Of a stretch of 52,402 bases of DNA, positions 28,831 through 38,153 are shown piece after piece. Numbering within the stretch: position 1 is the stretch's first letter; every line of letters starts with the position of its first letter. The position numbers and the translations under genes were made by a program. The DNA lies in contig JAYOSV010000003.1 of assembly GCA_038139415.1 (NCBI GenBank), positions 1 through 52,402 of the forward strand, in the 5' to 3' direction. This DNA is from Verrucomicrobiales bacterium. GTDB lineage: Bacteria > Verrucomicrobiota > Verrucomicrobiia > Limisphaerales > UBA1100. The notes beneath the pieces are model-generated. The model did not search any database. It was not told the DNA's origin and saw nothing but the letters and a program-made list of their open reading frames with translations.

Positions 28831-28856
28831 AAAACGGGCCTTCGGGCCCGTTTTTT
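28831..28856. terminator. Bidirectional Rho-independent terminator
   Basis: AAAACGGGCC-TTCG-GGCCCGTTTTTT between convergent genes. Confidence 0.9.
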
Positions 28857-28860
28857 GGTT

Positions 28861-29718
28861 TTAGGCTAAGCCCTTAAGATAAGCCAATACCAGCTTTGGT
28901 AAGTCGGTGCTGTAGCCGCCTTCTAGAATATTGGCCTGAGGTTTTTTCAAGGCGCGCAGTTGCTGGGCGATCCAGGTGTAGTCTTCGATTTCGAGCTTCT
29001 GTTGGCACAAGGGATCGTGCTTGTAGGCGTCGAAGCCGGCGGAAACACAAATGAGGTCCGGATCAAATTCCTTCAAGGTCGCCAAGGCTTTGGCGGCCGT
29101 GGCGCGCCAGGTGGTGTTGGGGCTGTCGGGAGCCACGGTGAAGTTGTGGCAGTTATCCAAACTTTTTTGGCCGGTGCCGGGATAGGCGGGGTGTTGATGG
29201 ATGGAAATAAAGGCGGTGCCTTCGGCGCGGTGCAGGATATCCTCGGTGCCGTTGCCGTGGTGCACGTCGAAGTCGAACACAGCCACTTTTTGGGTGCCGT
29301 TCGCCCGGGCGTGAAGGGCGGCGATGGCGATGCTGTTGAAAAAACAAAATCCCATGGCGCGCTCGCGAGTGGCGTGATGGCCGGGTGGGCGGAGCAGGGA
29401 AAAGTTGGGTTTGCCGGCCTGAGCGAGTTCCAGCGAGCGCAGGGCGCCGCCAATGGAACGGCGTGCGTGGGCATCAATATCCGGATAATTGGGAGTATCG
29501 CCGTCAAAAGGCCCTTGAGGTTGGGCGACCAGCCGCACGTGAGCTTTTTCGTGGGCGCGGGTGATCAGGGCGTCGGTCACTTTGGCGGGCTTGTCCCAGG
29601 TGATCTTCAGCTCGGTCTGATCGCGCAGCAGTTTGAGGGTGCCGGCCACGCGTTGAGGGCGTTCGGGATGGAATTCCTGCGAGTAGTTGAGGCAACGTTC
29701 ATCGGTGATCACGTGCAT
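28861..29718 (-). CDS. Zn-dependent histone-deacetylase-family amidohydrolase
   Basis: HPERP, RPPGHHA, GFCFFN, DFDVHHGNGT, SAGFD, LEGGY. Confidence 0.92.
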   Translation of the reverse strand: MHVITDERCLNYSQEFHPERPQRVAGTLKLLRDQTELKITWDKPAKVTDALITRAHEKAHVRLVAQPQGPFDGDTPNYPDIDAHARRSIGGALRSLELAQAGKPNFSLLRPPGHHATRERAMGFCFFNSIAIAALHARANGTQKVAVFDFDVHHGNGTEDILHRAEGTAFISIHQHPAYPGTGQKSLDNCHNFTVAPDSPNTTWRATAAKALATLKEFDPDLICVSAGFDAYKHDPLCQQKLEIEDYTWIAQQLRALKKPQANILEGGYSTDLPKLVLAYLKGLA

Positions 29719-29724
29719 GGGGCC

Positions 29725-29753
29725 AGTGTGGGGCAGGGCGCGTGGGCCGTCCA
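29725..29753 (-). promoter_or_regulatory. Sigma70-like promoter, leaderless geometry
   Basis: TGGACG-N17-CACACT, then 6 nt to ATG 29718. Confidence 0.45.
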
Positions 29754-29813
29754 CTGTGAACAACCTCTGGTTTCCCGTGATGCAGGCGCGGGCCTATTCT
29801 GCGGCGCGCGTTC

Positions 29814-30608
29814 ATGCTGGATTATAAAGTCAAATTCGAGGTTTTCGAGGGGCCAATGGACCTCCTGCTTTACCTGGTGAAGAAGGAGGAGGTGGACATC
29901 TACGAGGTGAACCTCACCAAGATCGCGCGGGAATTCATCGAGTACGTCGATCTCATGCGCGAATTTGATATCGAGATCGCCGGCGAATTCCTCGTGATGG
30001 CCAGCACGCTCATGTACATCAAGAGCAAGGAACTCCTGCCGGTGGAACAGCAGGTGCAGGCGGAGGAGGAGGAGGAAGGCGAGGATCCCCGCTGGGAACT
30101 CATTCGCAAGCTGGTGGAGTACAAGAAATTCAAGGACGCCGCCGACAAGCTGGAGACGCTGGAGCAAACGCAGGAGGATGTCTACCCGCGCCTGCCGGCC
30201 AAGCAGGAATTTGAGATGCCCGAGGATCGTGGCCCGGGCCTGAAGGTGAGCATCTTCGATCTAATCAATGCGGTGAACGACGTGATCAAGCGCGTCGAAG
30301 CCCGCACCGCCGATGTGCGGCACATTGAGGATGAGCATTTCACCGTGGCCGACAAGATCAACGTGCTCCGCGATCGCCTCACCTCCCAGACCCGCTTTGG
30401 TTTTACCGAATTGTTTGCCGATGCCGCGAGCCGCAACGAAGTGGTGGCCACCTTCCTCGCCTTGCTGGAGATGATTCGCCTCAAGCAACTGAAAATCGAG
30501 CAGGCCGAAAACTTCGGCGACATCATGATCACCGAGGGCGACGGTCAGGATGAATTTGATCCCGTCCAACCCGAAGACCACACGGCGCCCGCGCCGGTGA
30601 ATGATTAA
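29814..30608 (+). CDS. scpA: Segregation and condensation protein A
   Basis: FEGPMDLLLYL, EFLVMASTLMYIKS, EDPR, VATFLALLEM. Confidence 0.94.
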   Translation: MLDYKVKFEVFEGPMDLLLYLVKKEEVDIYEVNLTKIAREFIEYVDLMREFDIEIAGEFLVMASTLMYIKSKELLPVEQQVQAEEEEEGEDPRWELIRKLVEYKKFKDAADKLETLEQTQEDVYPRLPAKQEFEMPEDRGPGLKVSIFDLINAVNDVIKRVEARTADVRHIEDEHFTVADKINVLRDRLTSQTRFGFTELFADAASRNEVVATFLALLEMIRLKQLKIEQAENFGDIMITEGDGQDEFDPVQPEDHTAPAPVND

Positions 30609-30610
30609 CC

Positions 30611-31441
30611 ATGGAATTGAAGGACATTCTCGAGGCGATTCTTTTCTCCTCCCAGAAACCCCTGAGCGCCAAAGAGCTGCAGGACATTCTGAAACAGGCC
30701 GGTGAAGCAGGCGAGGGCGAGTCTAAGGAATTTGCCAAAACCAAGGCCGCTGCCATCACCAAGGCGTTGGAAACCCTCGCTGGGGAAGTGGATGAGCTCA
30801 ACCGCAGCCACCGCCTCGTGTGTGTGGCCGGTTCCTGGCAGTTTGTCACTCAAACGGAGTACGCTCCGTGGGTACGCGCCCTGGTCGGCGTCAAGAACCG
30901 CCCCACGCGCCTTTCCAAGCCGGCTCTTGAAACCCTGGCCATTATCGCCTATCGCCAGCCCATTACCCGCGCGCAGATGGAGGAAATCCGCGGCGTCTCT
31001 GTGGACGGCGTGATCGGGACGCTGGTGGAGCGCGAGTTGGCCGAAGTGGTCGGGCGCGCCGATGGCCCTGGCCGGCCGCAAACCTACGGCACCACCCAGA
31101 TGTTTCTCGAATACTTCGGCTTGCGCGGGCTGGAGGAATTGCCTGATGCCGAGGAACTCCGTCAGGTGCCCGTTACCAGGCCCGAAGCCCCTGTCACCAC
31201 CGGCGATGATGACGACGAAAAACCCGATCAAATGTCGCTGGAGGAAGTCACCGAAGCCAAGGACAATGACGCCGGAAAACTGGCCGAAACCGCCGCCGAA
31301 CAGGCCGAAGAATCCGCGAAAGAGGACGAAGAAGAGGAGGATTATGACGACGACGAATTCGAGGATGACGACGATGACGATGACGAGGAGTTTGACGGCG
31401 GTGAAGATGAAGCGGTAGAAGAGGCGTCGCAAACCTCATGA
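30611..31441 (+). CDS. scpB: Segregation and condensation protein B with a long acidic tail
   Basis: LEAILF, LSKPALETLAIIAYRQPITR, IRGV, GRP..YGTT..FLEYFGL. Confidence 0.94.
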   Translation: MELKDILEAILFSSQKPLSAKELQDILKQAGEAGEGESKEFAKTKAAAITKALETLAGEVDELNRSHRLVCVAGSWQFVTQTEYAPWVRALVGVKNRPTRLSKPALETLAIIAYRQPITRAQMEEIRGVSVDGVIGTLVERELAEVVGRADGPGRPQTYGTTQMFLEYFGLRGLEELPDAEELRQVPVTRPEAPVTTGDDDDEKPDQMSLEEVTEAKDNDAGKLAETAAEQAEESAKEDEEEEDYDDDEFEDDDDDDDEEFDGGEDEAVEEASQTS

Positions 31442-32499
31442 GCATCCAGAAACATCGCGGCGCGATTGACAAGATTGACGCCCAGATCGTCAAGCTGCTT
31501 AACCGCCGCACCAAGCACGTGCTTGGCATTGGCCAGGCGAAGCTCGCCTCCGGCAAGGCCATCTATCAGCCTGACCGCGAACAGGCTCTCCTGCGTCGCA
31601 TCTGCAAAGTCTCCGACGGTGTCCTGCCCGATGAATCGCTTCGGCACATTTACCGTGAGGTGATGAGTGCCTCCATCGCGCTGCAGCAGGGCTTCAAGAT
31701 CGCCTTCCTCGGCCCTGAATCCACCTACACCCATCAGGCCGCCGTACGCCGCTTCGGCACCAGCCTCGCCTATGTGCCGCAGAAAACCATCGCTGAGGTC
31801 TTCAGTGAGGTGGAAAAAAATCGAGCCTCCTACGGCGTCGTCCCCGTGGAAAACACCACCGAAGGTGTCGTTACCCACACGCTCGATATGTTCGTGGACA
31901 GCGAACTGAAAATCGTCGCCCAGATCGTGATGCCCATCGAGCATTGCCTCGTGGGTAAAGGACAGTTGCAGGACGTCAAGAAGCTCTACTCGCACCCGCA
32001 GGCCTATGCCCAGTGCCGTAATTGGGTGCGCGAAAACTTGCCGCGTGCTGAATTCATTGAGAGCTCCTCCACTACTGCCGCCGCCGCGTTGGCCGCCAAG
32101 GCTAAGACTACCGCCGCCATTTCCAGCGCGCTCGCCGCCGAGCAGTACAAGCTGAACATCCTCGAGGCCGGCGTGCAGGATCACAGCGGCAACGCTACCC
32201 GCTTCCTCGTGCTTGGCCCTGCTTGCGGTGCCCCCACCGGTAACGACCGCACCAGCCTGATGTTCACCGTGAATGATAAGGTTGGTGCTCTGCATGACGC
32301 CTTACAGCCTTTTCGCACGCATCGGTTGAACATGACCAAAATCGAGTCGCGCCCCAGCAAGCGCAAAGCGTGGGAGTACATTTTCTTCGTGGACGTCGAC
32401 GGCCATGCTGATGACCCCAAGCTCGCCAAGGCCATCCGACAACTCGGCGAGAAATGTTCCTTCGTCAAAATTCTCGGGTCATATCCCTACGGTGACTAA
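31438..32499 (+). CDS. pheA: Chorismate mutase / prephenate dehydratase
   Basis: N-terminal chorismate mutase, FLGP, VPVEN, SHPQA, NATRF, ACT domain IESRP. Confidence 0.95.
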   Translation: MSIQKHRGAIDKIDAQIVKLLNRRTKHVLGIGQAKLASGKAIYQPDREQALLRRICKVSDGVLPDESLRHIYREVMSASIALQQGFKIAFLGPESTYTHQAAVRRFGTSLAYVPQKTIAEVFSEVEKNRASYGVVPVENTTEGVVTHTLDMFVDSELKIVAQIVMPIEHCLVGKGQLQDVKKLYSHPQAYAQCRNWVRENLPRAEFIESSSTTAAAALAAKAKTTAAISSALAAEQYKLNILEAGVQDHSGNATRFLVLGPACGAPTGNDRTSLMFTVNDKVGALHDALQPFRTHRLNMTKIESRPSKRKAWEYIFFVDVDGHADDPKLAKAIRQLGEKCSFVKILGSYPYGD

Positions 32500-32500
32500 A

Positions 32501-33490
32501 ATGGCAACCAAACCGATGACTCCGCTGGCATTAGCGCGGCAGGTACTCGACATTGAGTTGGCGGGTCTCAAGGCAGTGCGCTCACAATTGGACGCCCAAT
32601 TCACCGTCGCGGTCGAGATTCTCGCCAAGGCGTTGGCCGAGCGAAACAAGCTGGTGGTCGTGGGCATCGGCAAGAGTGGTAATATCGGCCAGAAGATCGC
32701 CGCCACCTTCAACAGCACGGGTGCTACCAGCGTATTGCTTGATCCGGCCAACGCGCTGCACGGGGATATTGGGTTGCTTGATGACGGCGATGTGGTGTTG
32801 GCACTCAGTTACTCCGGCGAATCGGATGAATTGGTCAATTTACTGGGGGTGCTTAAAAAATTTCCTGTTCAAATCATCGGCCTAACTGGAACGCCTAAAT
32901 CCGCCCTTGGGCGCTTCAGTGATGTGGTGCTCAACGCGGCCGTGCCCAAGGAGGCCTGTCCCTTCAACCTTGCGCCCACCGCTAGCACCACTGCGATGCT
33001 TGCGCTCGGCGATGCTTTGGCAATGGCACTGCTTCAGGCGCGTGGGTTTAAGAAAAAAGAGTTCGCCAAATACCACCCCTCCGGCGCCATCGGTCGTGCC
33101 TTGCTCCTGCGAGCTACAGATATCATGCGCTCCGGCAAACGTCTGGCGGTGGCCCCGCGCACGGCTAGTGTGCGGGAAGCCCTACTCGTCATGACCAAAG
33201 CCAAGAGTGGCAGCGTCTGTGTGGTGGGTAAATCCGGCAAACTGGTGGGAGTCTTTACCGATGGCGACCTGCGCCGCCGGATGGCCGAGCAGGGCGATGC
33301 CGTTTTGGAAATGACGCTCAGCAAAGTGATGACCGCCAAACCCGCTACGCTGCGTGACACGGCGCTGGCCGTGGAAGCCCTCAAGATTTTCCACACCCGC
33401 AAGATCGACGACCTGATCGTGGTCAACGCCAAGCGCGAACCCGTCGGCCTGATCGACACGCAGGATCTGCCCAAGCTGAAGTTGGCATAA
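32501..33490 (+). CDS. kdsD: Arabinose-5-phosphate isomerase (KpsF/GutQ family)
   Basis: GIGKSG, ALHGDIG, SYSGES, EACPFNLAPTAST, HPSG, CBS pair (TDGDLRR). Confidence 0.9.
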   Translation: MATKPMTPLALARQVLDIELAGLKAVRSQLDAQFTVAVEILAKALAERNKLVVVGIGKSGNIGQKIAATFNSTGATSVLLDPANALHGDIGLLDDGDVVLALSYSGESDELVNLLGVLKKFPVQIIGLTGTPKSALGRFSDVVLNAAVPKEACPFNLAPTASTTAMLALGDALAMALLQARGFKKKEFAKYHPSGAIGRALLLRATDIMRSGKRLAVAPRTASVREALLVMTKAKSGSVCVVGKSGKLVGVFTDGDLRRRMAEQGDAVLEMTLSKVMTAKPATLRDTALAVEALKIFHTRKIDDLIVVNAKREPVGLIDTQDLPKLKLA

Positions 33491-33535
33491 GCCCCGCTTG
33501 CCACAGGCACGAGGGTGTTTAAGTTGGGCGGCGTT

Positions 33536-33805
33536 ATGGAAAAGATTCGACCTTATCTGCTGGGCGCCGCGCTGACCGCTGTGGTGATCTTTGGCATGGC
33601 CCAGGCTCAGGCTCCGAACGGGCCGCGTTGGGAATACCTCTATATTGAACAGGCTGGCGTGCAGTTTGAGCTGCGTGATCCTAATGCCGCCAGGAGTGGA
33701 CCGCGTCTGTTACAGGCCAAGATTCTCAATCAGCTGGGCACCGACGGCTGGGAGATGGTGCAGGCCGGCGTGGGTGGATACGTGTTCAAGCGCCGCTTGC
33801 CTTAA
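33536..33805 (+). CDS. Small exported protein, DUF4177-like
   Basis: Signal-like N-terminus; RWEY...LNQLGTDGWEMV...YVFKR. Confidence 0.65.
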   Translation: MEKIRPYLLGAALTAVVIFGMAQAQAPNGPRWEYLYIEQAGVQFELRDPNAARSGPRLLQAKILNQLGTDGWEMVQAGVGGYVFKRRLP

Positions 33806-33816
33806 GGTGGGAAACC

Positions 33817-33845
33817 TTGACGATTGGCCCGGGCGCAGGAAAGCT
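33817..33845 (+). promoter_or_regulatory. Sigma70-like promoter, leaderless geometry
   Basis: TTGACG-N17-AAAGCT, then 6 nt to ATG 33852. Confidence 0.5.
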
Positions 33846-33851
33846 GCTCCC

Positions 33852-34592
33852 ATGTTCTCCGTTATCCAAACTGCTTTGACTTTACTGCTGGCTACCGCCG
33901 GCCTCACCTTGGGCGCTTCCGTGCAGACACAGGAATCCATCACAGTTGCCGGCGGCAAAAAACAGACCGTTAGCTACCTGCTGTATTTGCCAGAGGGCTA
34001 CAAGGAAAAGGCGGATGCGAAATGGCCGCTGATGATTTTCCTGCACGGTGCCGGGGAACGCGGGGATGATCTCAACCGCGTGAAGGTGCACGGCCCGCCT
34101 AAATTGGTAGAGCAGGGCAAAAAACTTCCGTTCATCGTTATCTCTCCGCAATGCCCGCGCAACCAGCGCTGGAACGATGACGCCCTCACCGCGTTGCTGG
34201 ATCATGCCTGCAAGGAACTGCACGTGGATACCAGCAGATTGTATCTCACCGGCCTGAGTATGGGCGGGTATGGCTCATGGAGTTTGGGCCTGAAACTGTG
34301 TGACCGGTTTGCGGCCATTGCGCCGATCTGCGGCGGCGGCAGTTTTATTGACACCTACGTGGCCAGCGGTGCGCGTGGCAAGGCCCTGCGCAGCCTCGGC
34401 GTGTGGGCGTTCCATGGCGCCAAAGACACGGTGGTGCCATTGAGCGAAAGCGAAAAGATGGTGGCCGCCCTGAAAAAATTCGGCCACCCGAACCCGAAGC
34501 TCACGGTCTACCCCGAGGCCCGGCATGATTCCTGGACCAAGACGTACAACAATCCGGAATTGTATGAGTGGTTCTTGAAACACCGCCGTTAA
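33852..34592 (+). CDS. Exported alpha/beta-hydrolase (phospholipase/carboxylesterase, predicted-peptidase type)
   Basis: Signal peptide, FLHGAGERG, SPQCP, GLSMGG, FHGAKD, HDSW. Confidence 0.85.
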   Translation: MFSVIQTALTLLLATAGLTLGASVQTQESITVAGGKKQTVSYLLYLPEGYKEKADAKWPLMIFLHGAGERGDDLNRVKVHGPPKLVEQGKKLPFIVISPQCPRNQRWNDDALTALLDHACKELHVDTSRLYLTGLSMGGYGSWSLGLKLCDRFAAIAPICGGGSFIDTYVASGARGKALRSLGVWAFHGAKDTVVPLSESEKMVAALKKFGHPNPKLTVYPEARHDSWTKTYNNPELYEWFLKHRR

Positions 34593-35749
34593 TTGGCAAC
34601 CACTTCCAGCACTTTCCCGTCCTTGATCAGAAACTGCGCCGTGCTCAGGCGGCGGCGGCTGATGGGATCAATGATCATCATTCCCCGGTACACCCAAGTG
34701 TCACCCAGCCGTTGGTCCGGCGCGCCAAAGGCCGCCTTGACGGTGGCACTGGACTTCCCCTGATATACGGCGTTTAACCGCGTGGTCACCCAGGCGGTGC
34801 GGCGGCCGGGCGCGTTGGGGTTGGGTTTGTCATTCGGGTTTTCCGCCACCACGGGCTTTGGCGTATTGGGCCGAGGCGGATTCGCCTCGCCCATGGTCAG
34901 TAACAGCGTGCCGTTGTCATCCCAGCGTTTTTGAGAAACCAACAGGCCCTTCGCGTAAACCGCCTCCACCATAGCTTTGCCGTTGCGGTGCCATTCATGC
35001 AACACGGTTAGTTGACCGGCGGAAAATTGCTTTTGTCGCATCAATTGGCCGCTCACGTACCATTCCATATGCGTGCCCACGGGTGTGTCATCAGTCCACT
35101 GGGCTGTCCAGGATTTTTCCCCACTCTCGAACCAGCCGGTTGCCGGCCCCTCAGTGATGCCGCTTTCATATTGCGTGGCACTGCGCTTTTGGCCGTTGGG
35201 ATAAAATTCAGTGTACTCGCCGTGCAGCCGGTCACGCCGCCATTCGGCATTCCATTTGAGCTGGCCCGCCTCTGAGTAGCCCGTCTCCAGGCCATGACGT
35301 TGGCCGCGCACATACATGGTTTCATTACGGCGTTGGCCGCCCGGGTAAAACTCGGTGGTGATGCCCTCGGCCTCGCCGTTTTGCAGTGGCACATCATATT
35401 GCGGTTGCCCATTATCGTACCAACCGCGCAACACGCCCACCGCCTCGCCGTCCTGCAGGGTGGCTTCCGTTTTCTTTTGGCCGTTTTCATGCCACTCCGT
35501 CGCCAGACCCTGCGCTACGCCGTCCACCACCGTCACCGAATAGGCTTTGTTGCCGTTGGAATGATAATCCATCACCGGCCCGCTGTAGGGCGCGGAATCA
35601 CCCACTGCAAACAAACGACCCGATTCGGTGAGCAGTTGATCGGAATTCCGGAAGCTGGGCGGCTCCGTCTGCGGTCGGTCCTTCCAAAGAAGGGCACCTA
35701 TCAGCACCATCGCCACCGTGCCCACCGCAATCCAAAGGTTTCCCCGCAT
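34589..35749 (-). CDS. Membrane-anchored MORN-variant repeat protein with a small C-terminal domain
   Basis: N-terminal TM helix, about 9-10 repeats of ~24 aa (G...EW/FY.NGQ), Pro/Asn linker, C-terminal GKSSATVKAAFGAPD...WVY. Confidence 0.8.
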   Translation of the reverse strand: MRGNLWIAVGTVAMVLIGALLWKDRPQTEPPSFRNSDQLLTESGRLFAVGDSAPYSGPVMDYHSNGNKAYSVTVVDGVAQGLATEWHENGQKKTEATLQDGEAVGVLRGWYDNGQPQYDVPLQNGEAEGITTEFYPGGQRRNETMYVRGQRHGLETGYSEAGQLKWNAEWRRDRLHGEYTEFYPNGQKRSATQYESGITEGPATGWFESGEKSWTAQWTDDTPVGTHMEWYVSGQLMRQKQFSAGQLTVLHEWHRNGKAMVEAVYAKGLLVSQKRWDDNGTLLLTMGEANPPRPNTPKPVVAENPNDKPNPNAPGRRTAWVTTRLNAVYQGKSSATVKAAFGAPDQRLGDTWVYRGMMIIDPISRRRLSTAQFLIKDGKVLEVVAN

Positions 35750-35754
35750 GAACT

Positions 35755-35784
35755 AACCTACGCGCGGGAATGGAGAATTGTCAA
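35755..35784 (-). promoter_or_regulatory. Sigma70-like promoter, leaderless geometry; a divergent TTGACA lies at 35795-35800
   Basis: TTGACA-N18-TAGGTT, then 5 nt to ATG 35749. Confidence 0.6.
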
Positions 35785-35836
35785 TGGACACCCCTTGACA
35801 GATGGGTTCATCCGGCGAGAGGCTTTTCTAAGAACG

Positions 35837-36355
35837 ATGCCGATTTTCGAGTACGCTTGCCATGATTGCCGGAAGATATTTCAGTTCCTCTCCCGCCGTC
35901 TAAAGACCGAGCGCTCACCCGTGTGCCCCGAATGCGGCAACCAACAGATGGTCAAGGAAGTCAGCCGCTTTGCCATGCTCAAAGGCGTAACCGAGCCTCA
36001 GACCGACGGGGAAGGGGGCGAAGACATGGAAGGCATGCCTAATTTCGAGGATCCCCGTGTGCAACGGGCCATGCGTGATATGGAACGCGACATGGCGCAT
36101 CTGGACGAAAATAACCCCAAGCACATGGCCCACATGATGCGCAAGATGCAGGATGTGTTGCCGCCGGATCTGATGCCGAAGGAAATGAACGACGCCATCC
36201 GCCGCCTCGAAGCCGGCGAAGACCCCGACAAGATCGAGGAGGACATGGGCGAACTCTTCGATCAATTCATGGGGTCCGAAGGCGATGGCGGCTCCGGAAG
36301 GCCGGCCGGCCGCGGCATGCCCTACACCCGTGACGACGGCCTCTATGACATGTAG
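35837..36355 (+). CDS. FmdB-family zinc-ribbon protein with a Met/acidic helical C-terminus
   Basis: MPIFEYACHDC...CPECG...VSRF. The real start lies inside the 353-aa track ORF. Confidence 0.85.
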   Translation: MPIFEYACHDCRKIFQFLSRRLKTERSPVCPECGNQQMVKEVSRFAMLKGVTEPQTDGEGGEDMEGMPNFEDPRVQRAMRDMERDMAHLDENNPKHMAHMMRKMQDVLPPDLMPKEMNDAIRRLEAGEDPDKIEEDMGELFDQFMGSEGDGGSGRPAGRGMPYTRDDGLYDM

Positions 36356-36409
36356 AACACCTTTCCCCGTTGACGGGTGGGGTTGGGGGTGGTCTGCTCT
36401 CGCCGAATA

Positions 36410-38134
36410 ATGAGAATTCTTCTGGGTTTATTCTTGGTGCCACTATGGCTGGGGGCACAGCAAGTGGCGGTAAAGGAGCATCAGCTTTCTAACGGCATGA
36501 AGGTGCTGTTACTGGAGCGCAATGATGCGCCGAGTATTTCCGGCGGCTGGGTGGCGCGCGTGGGTAGCGTGGACGAACGGCCGGGCATCACGGGCATGGC
36601 GCATTTGTTTGAGCACATGATGTTCAAGGGCACGCCGACGATTGGCACGCAGGATTACGAAAAGGATCTGGAGATCATTGCCACGCAGGAAAAGGTGCGG
36701 GACGCGATGCGGGCGGAGGAACGCCGGATGCGTGCGATGTGGCGACGGGGCGAGATCACCGACCTGCAGGATCCGGATCAGAAGACGGCGGAGTGGAAGC
36801 GGTTGAATGAGGAATTCAAGAAGCTGGTGGAGGATCATCGTAAGGTTATCGTTAAGAACGAGTTCGACCGGATTTACACGGCCAATGGAGGCAGCCGGAT
36901 GAACGCCTACACGAGCTACGATCACACGGCGTATTTCATTAGCGTGCCGGCGAACAAGCTGGAGCTGTTCATGTGGATGGAGAGCGAGCGGTTGTTGCGG
37001 CCGGTGTTCCGCGAATTTTATGCGGAACGCGATGTGGTGTTTGAAGAGCGCCGGATGCGCACGGAGAGCACGCCGTTGGGGAAATTTTTCGAGAGCTTCA
37101 ATTCGCTCTTCTGGGAATCGCATCCGTACAGCTGGCCGATCATCGGGTGGCCTTCGGATATCCCGGCGATTTCCAAAAAACAGGCCGACGCCTTTTATGC
37201 GACCTATTACATGCCGCAGAATCTGACGCTGGTATTGGTGGGGGATTTCAAAACCAAACCAGCTCTGGCTATGGCTGAGAAATATTTTGGTCGCTTGAAG
37301 AAAGGCGAGGGTCTGCCGCCGGACGTGGTGACGCTGGAGCAACCGCAAAAGGCCGAGAAACGTTTTTACGCCGAGGCGGAGACGAACCCGAATGTGGACA
37401 TATACTGGCACACACCGGCATTCGGCCATAAGGACACGTATCCCCTAAGCGTGTTGTCGCAGGTGCTTAGCACGCGCACGGGCCGGCTGCACAAGGAGCT
37501 GGTACTGGGCAAAAAACTGGCGACAGACACTTGGGCTTGGCAGGGTGCGCGCAAGTACGCGGGTGAGTTTAACATGGGCGCGGAGATCACTGAAGGCAAC
37601 ACGCCGGAGATGGCCGAGCAGGAGATCTACCGGTTGATTGAGCAGGTCAAAACCGAGCCCGTGCCGGCTACGGAATTGCAGAAGGTGAAGAACAACTTTG
37701 CCGCGGCGGAGTATCGAAGGTTGAGTTCCAATCACCCGATCCTGATGCAGATCATGCGCAGCGAAGGTCTGGGCAACTGGCGCGAGATTAATGAAGCTGG
37801 ACCAAAAATCCAGGCGGTTACCCCGGCGGATTTGCAGCGGGTGGCCAAAAAATATTTCACCAAGGAAAACCGTGCGGTGGCGATTTACACCCGCAAGCCG
37901 GGCACGGGCGGCGAGGATGAGGATCCGTTGCTGGCTGGGCTGGACGCGCAGGCCAAGGCGATGGCCCGCAAGATGAGCAGCAGCATCAATGCGAACAAAA
38001 ATCTCGAGGAGTTGAAGAAACAACTGGCGGGATTGGAGGCGCAACTGGAACAGGCAGGGGCCAAGGCACCGCCGGTGATGAAGGTGATCCGCGCCGTACT
38101 GCGCAATCGGATTGCGGAACTGAACAAGAAATAG
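36410..38134 (+). CDS. M16B zinc peptidase, catalytic subunit, exported
   Basis: Signal peptide, LSNGM, GSVDE, inverted zinc motif HLFEHMMFKG, NAYTS, VFEERR. Confidence 0.92.
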   Translation: MRILLGLFLVPLWLGAQQVAVKEHQLSNGMKVLLLERNDAPSISGGWVARVGSVDERPGITGMAHLFEHMMFKGTPTIGTQDYEKDLEIIATQEKVRDAMRAEERRMRAMWRRGEITDLQDPDQKTAEWKRLNEEFKKLVEDHRKVIVKNEFDRIYTANGGSRMNAYTSYDHTAYFISVPANKLELFMWMESERLLRPVFREFYAERDVVFEERRMRTESTPLGKFFESFNSLFWESHPYSWPIIGWPSDIPAISKKQADAFYATYYMPQNLTLVLVGDFKTKPALAMAEKYFGRLKKGEGLPPDVVTLEQPQKAEKRFYAEAETNPNVDIYWHTPAFGHKDTYPLSVLSQVLSTRTGRLHKELVLGKKLATDTWAWQGARKYAGEFNMGAEITEGNTPEMAEQEIYRLIEQVKTEPVPATELQKVKNNFAAAEYRRLSSNHPILMQIMRSEGLGNWREINEAGPKIQAVTPADLQRVAKKYFTKENRAVAIYTRKPGTGGEDEDPLLAGLDAQAKAMARKMSSSINANKNLEELKKQLAGLEAQLEQAGAKAPPVMKVIRAVLRNRIAELNKK

Positions 38135-38153
38135 AGCAAACGGATTTGAATCG

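Noticed and set aside
28861..29718. Eukaryote-derived histone deacetylase
   Set aside because: The family is widespread in bacteria, and length and codon usage match the neighbouring genes.
12465..31432. Long alternative-frame ORFs such as 12465-13382, 18049-19179, 24380-25354, 26464-27663, 28960-29880 and 30605-31432
   Set aside because: They lie antisense to genes with clear family motifs, carry no motifs of their own, and are expected in high-GC DNA.
34589..35749. YwqK-family antitoxin / toxin-antitoxin system (also 12098-12727)
   Set aside because: The resemblance comes only from generic MORN-variant repeats. Both proteins are envelope-targeted and no toxin gene is adjacent.
36375..36392. 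G-quadruplex in the promoter region of the M16 genes (GGGTGGGGTTGGGGGTGG)
   Set aside because: Only three tracts of three or more G, and it fits the general G-rich bias at gene starts.
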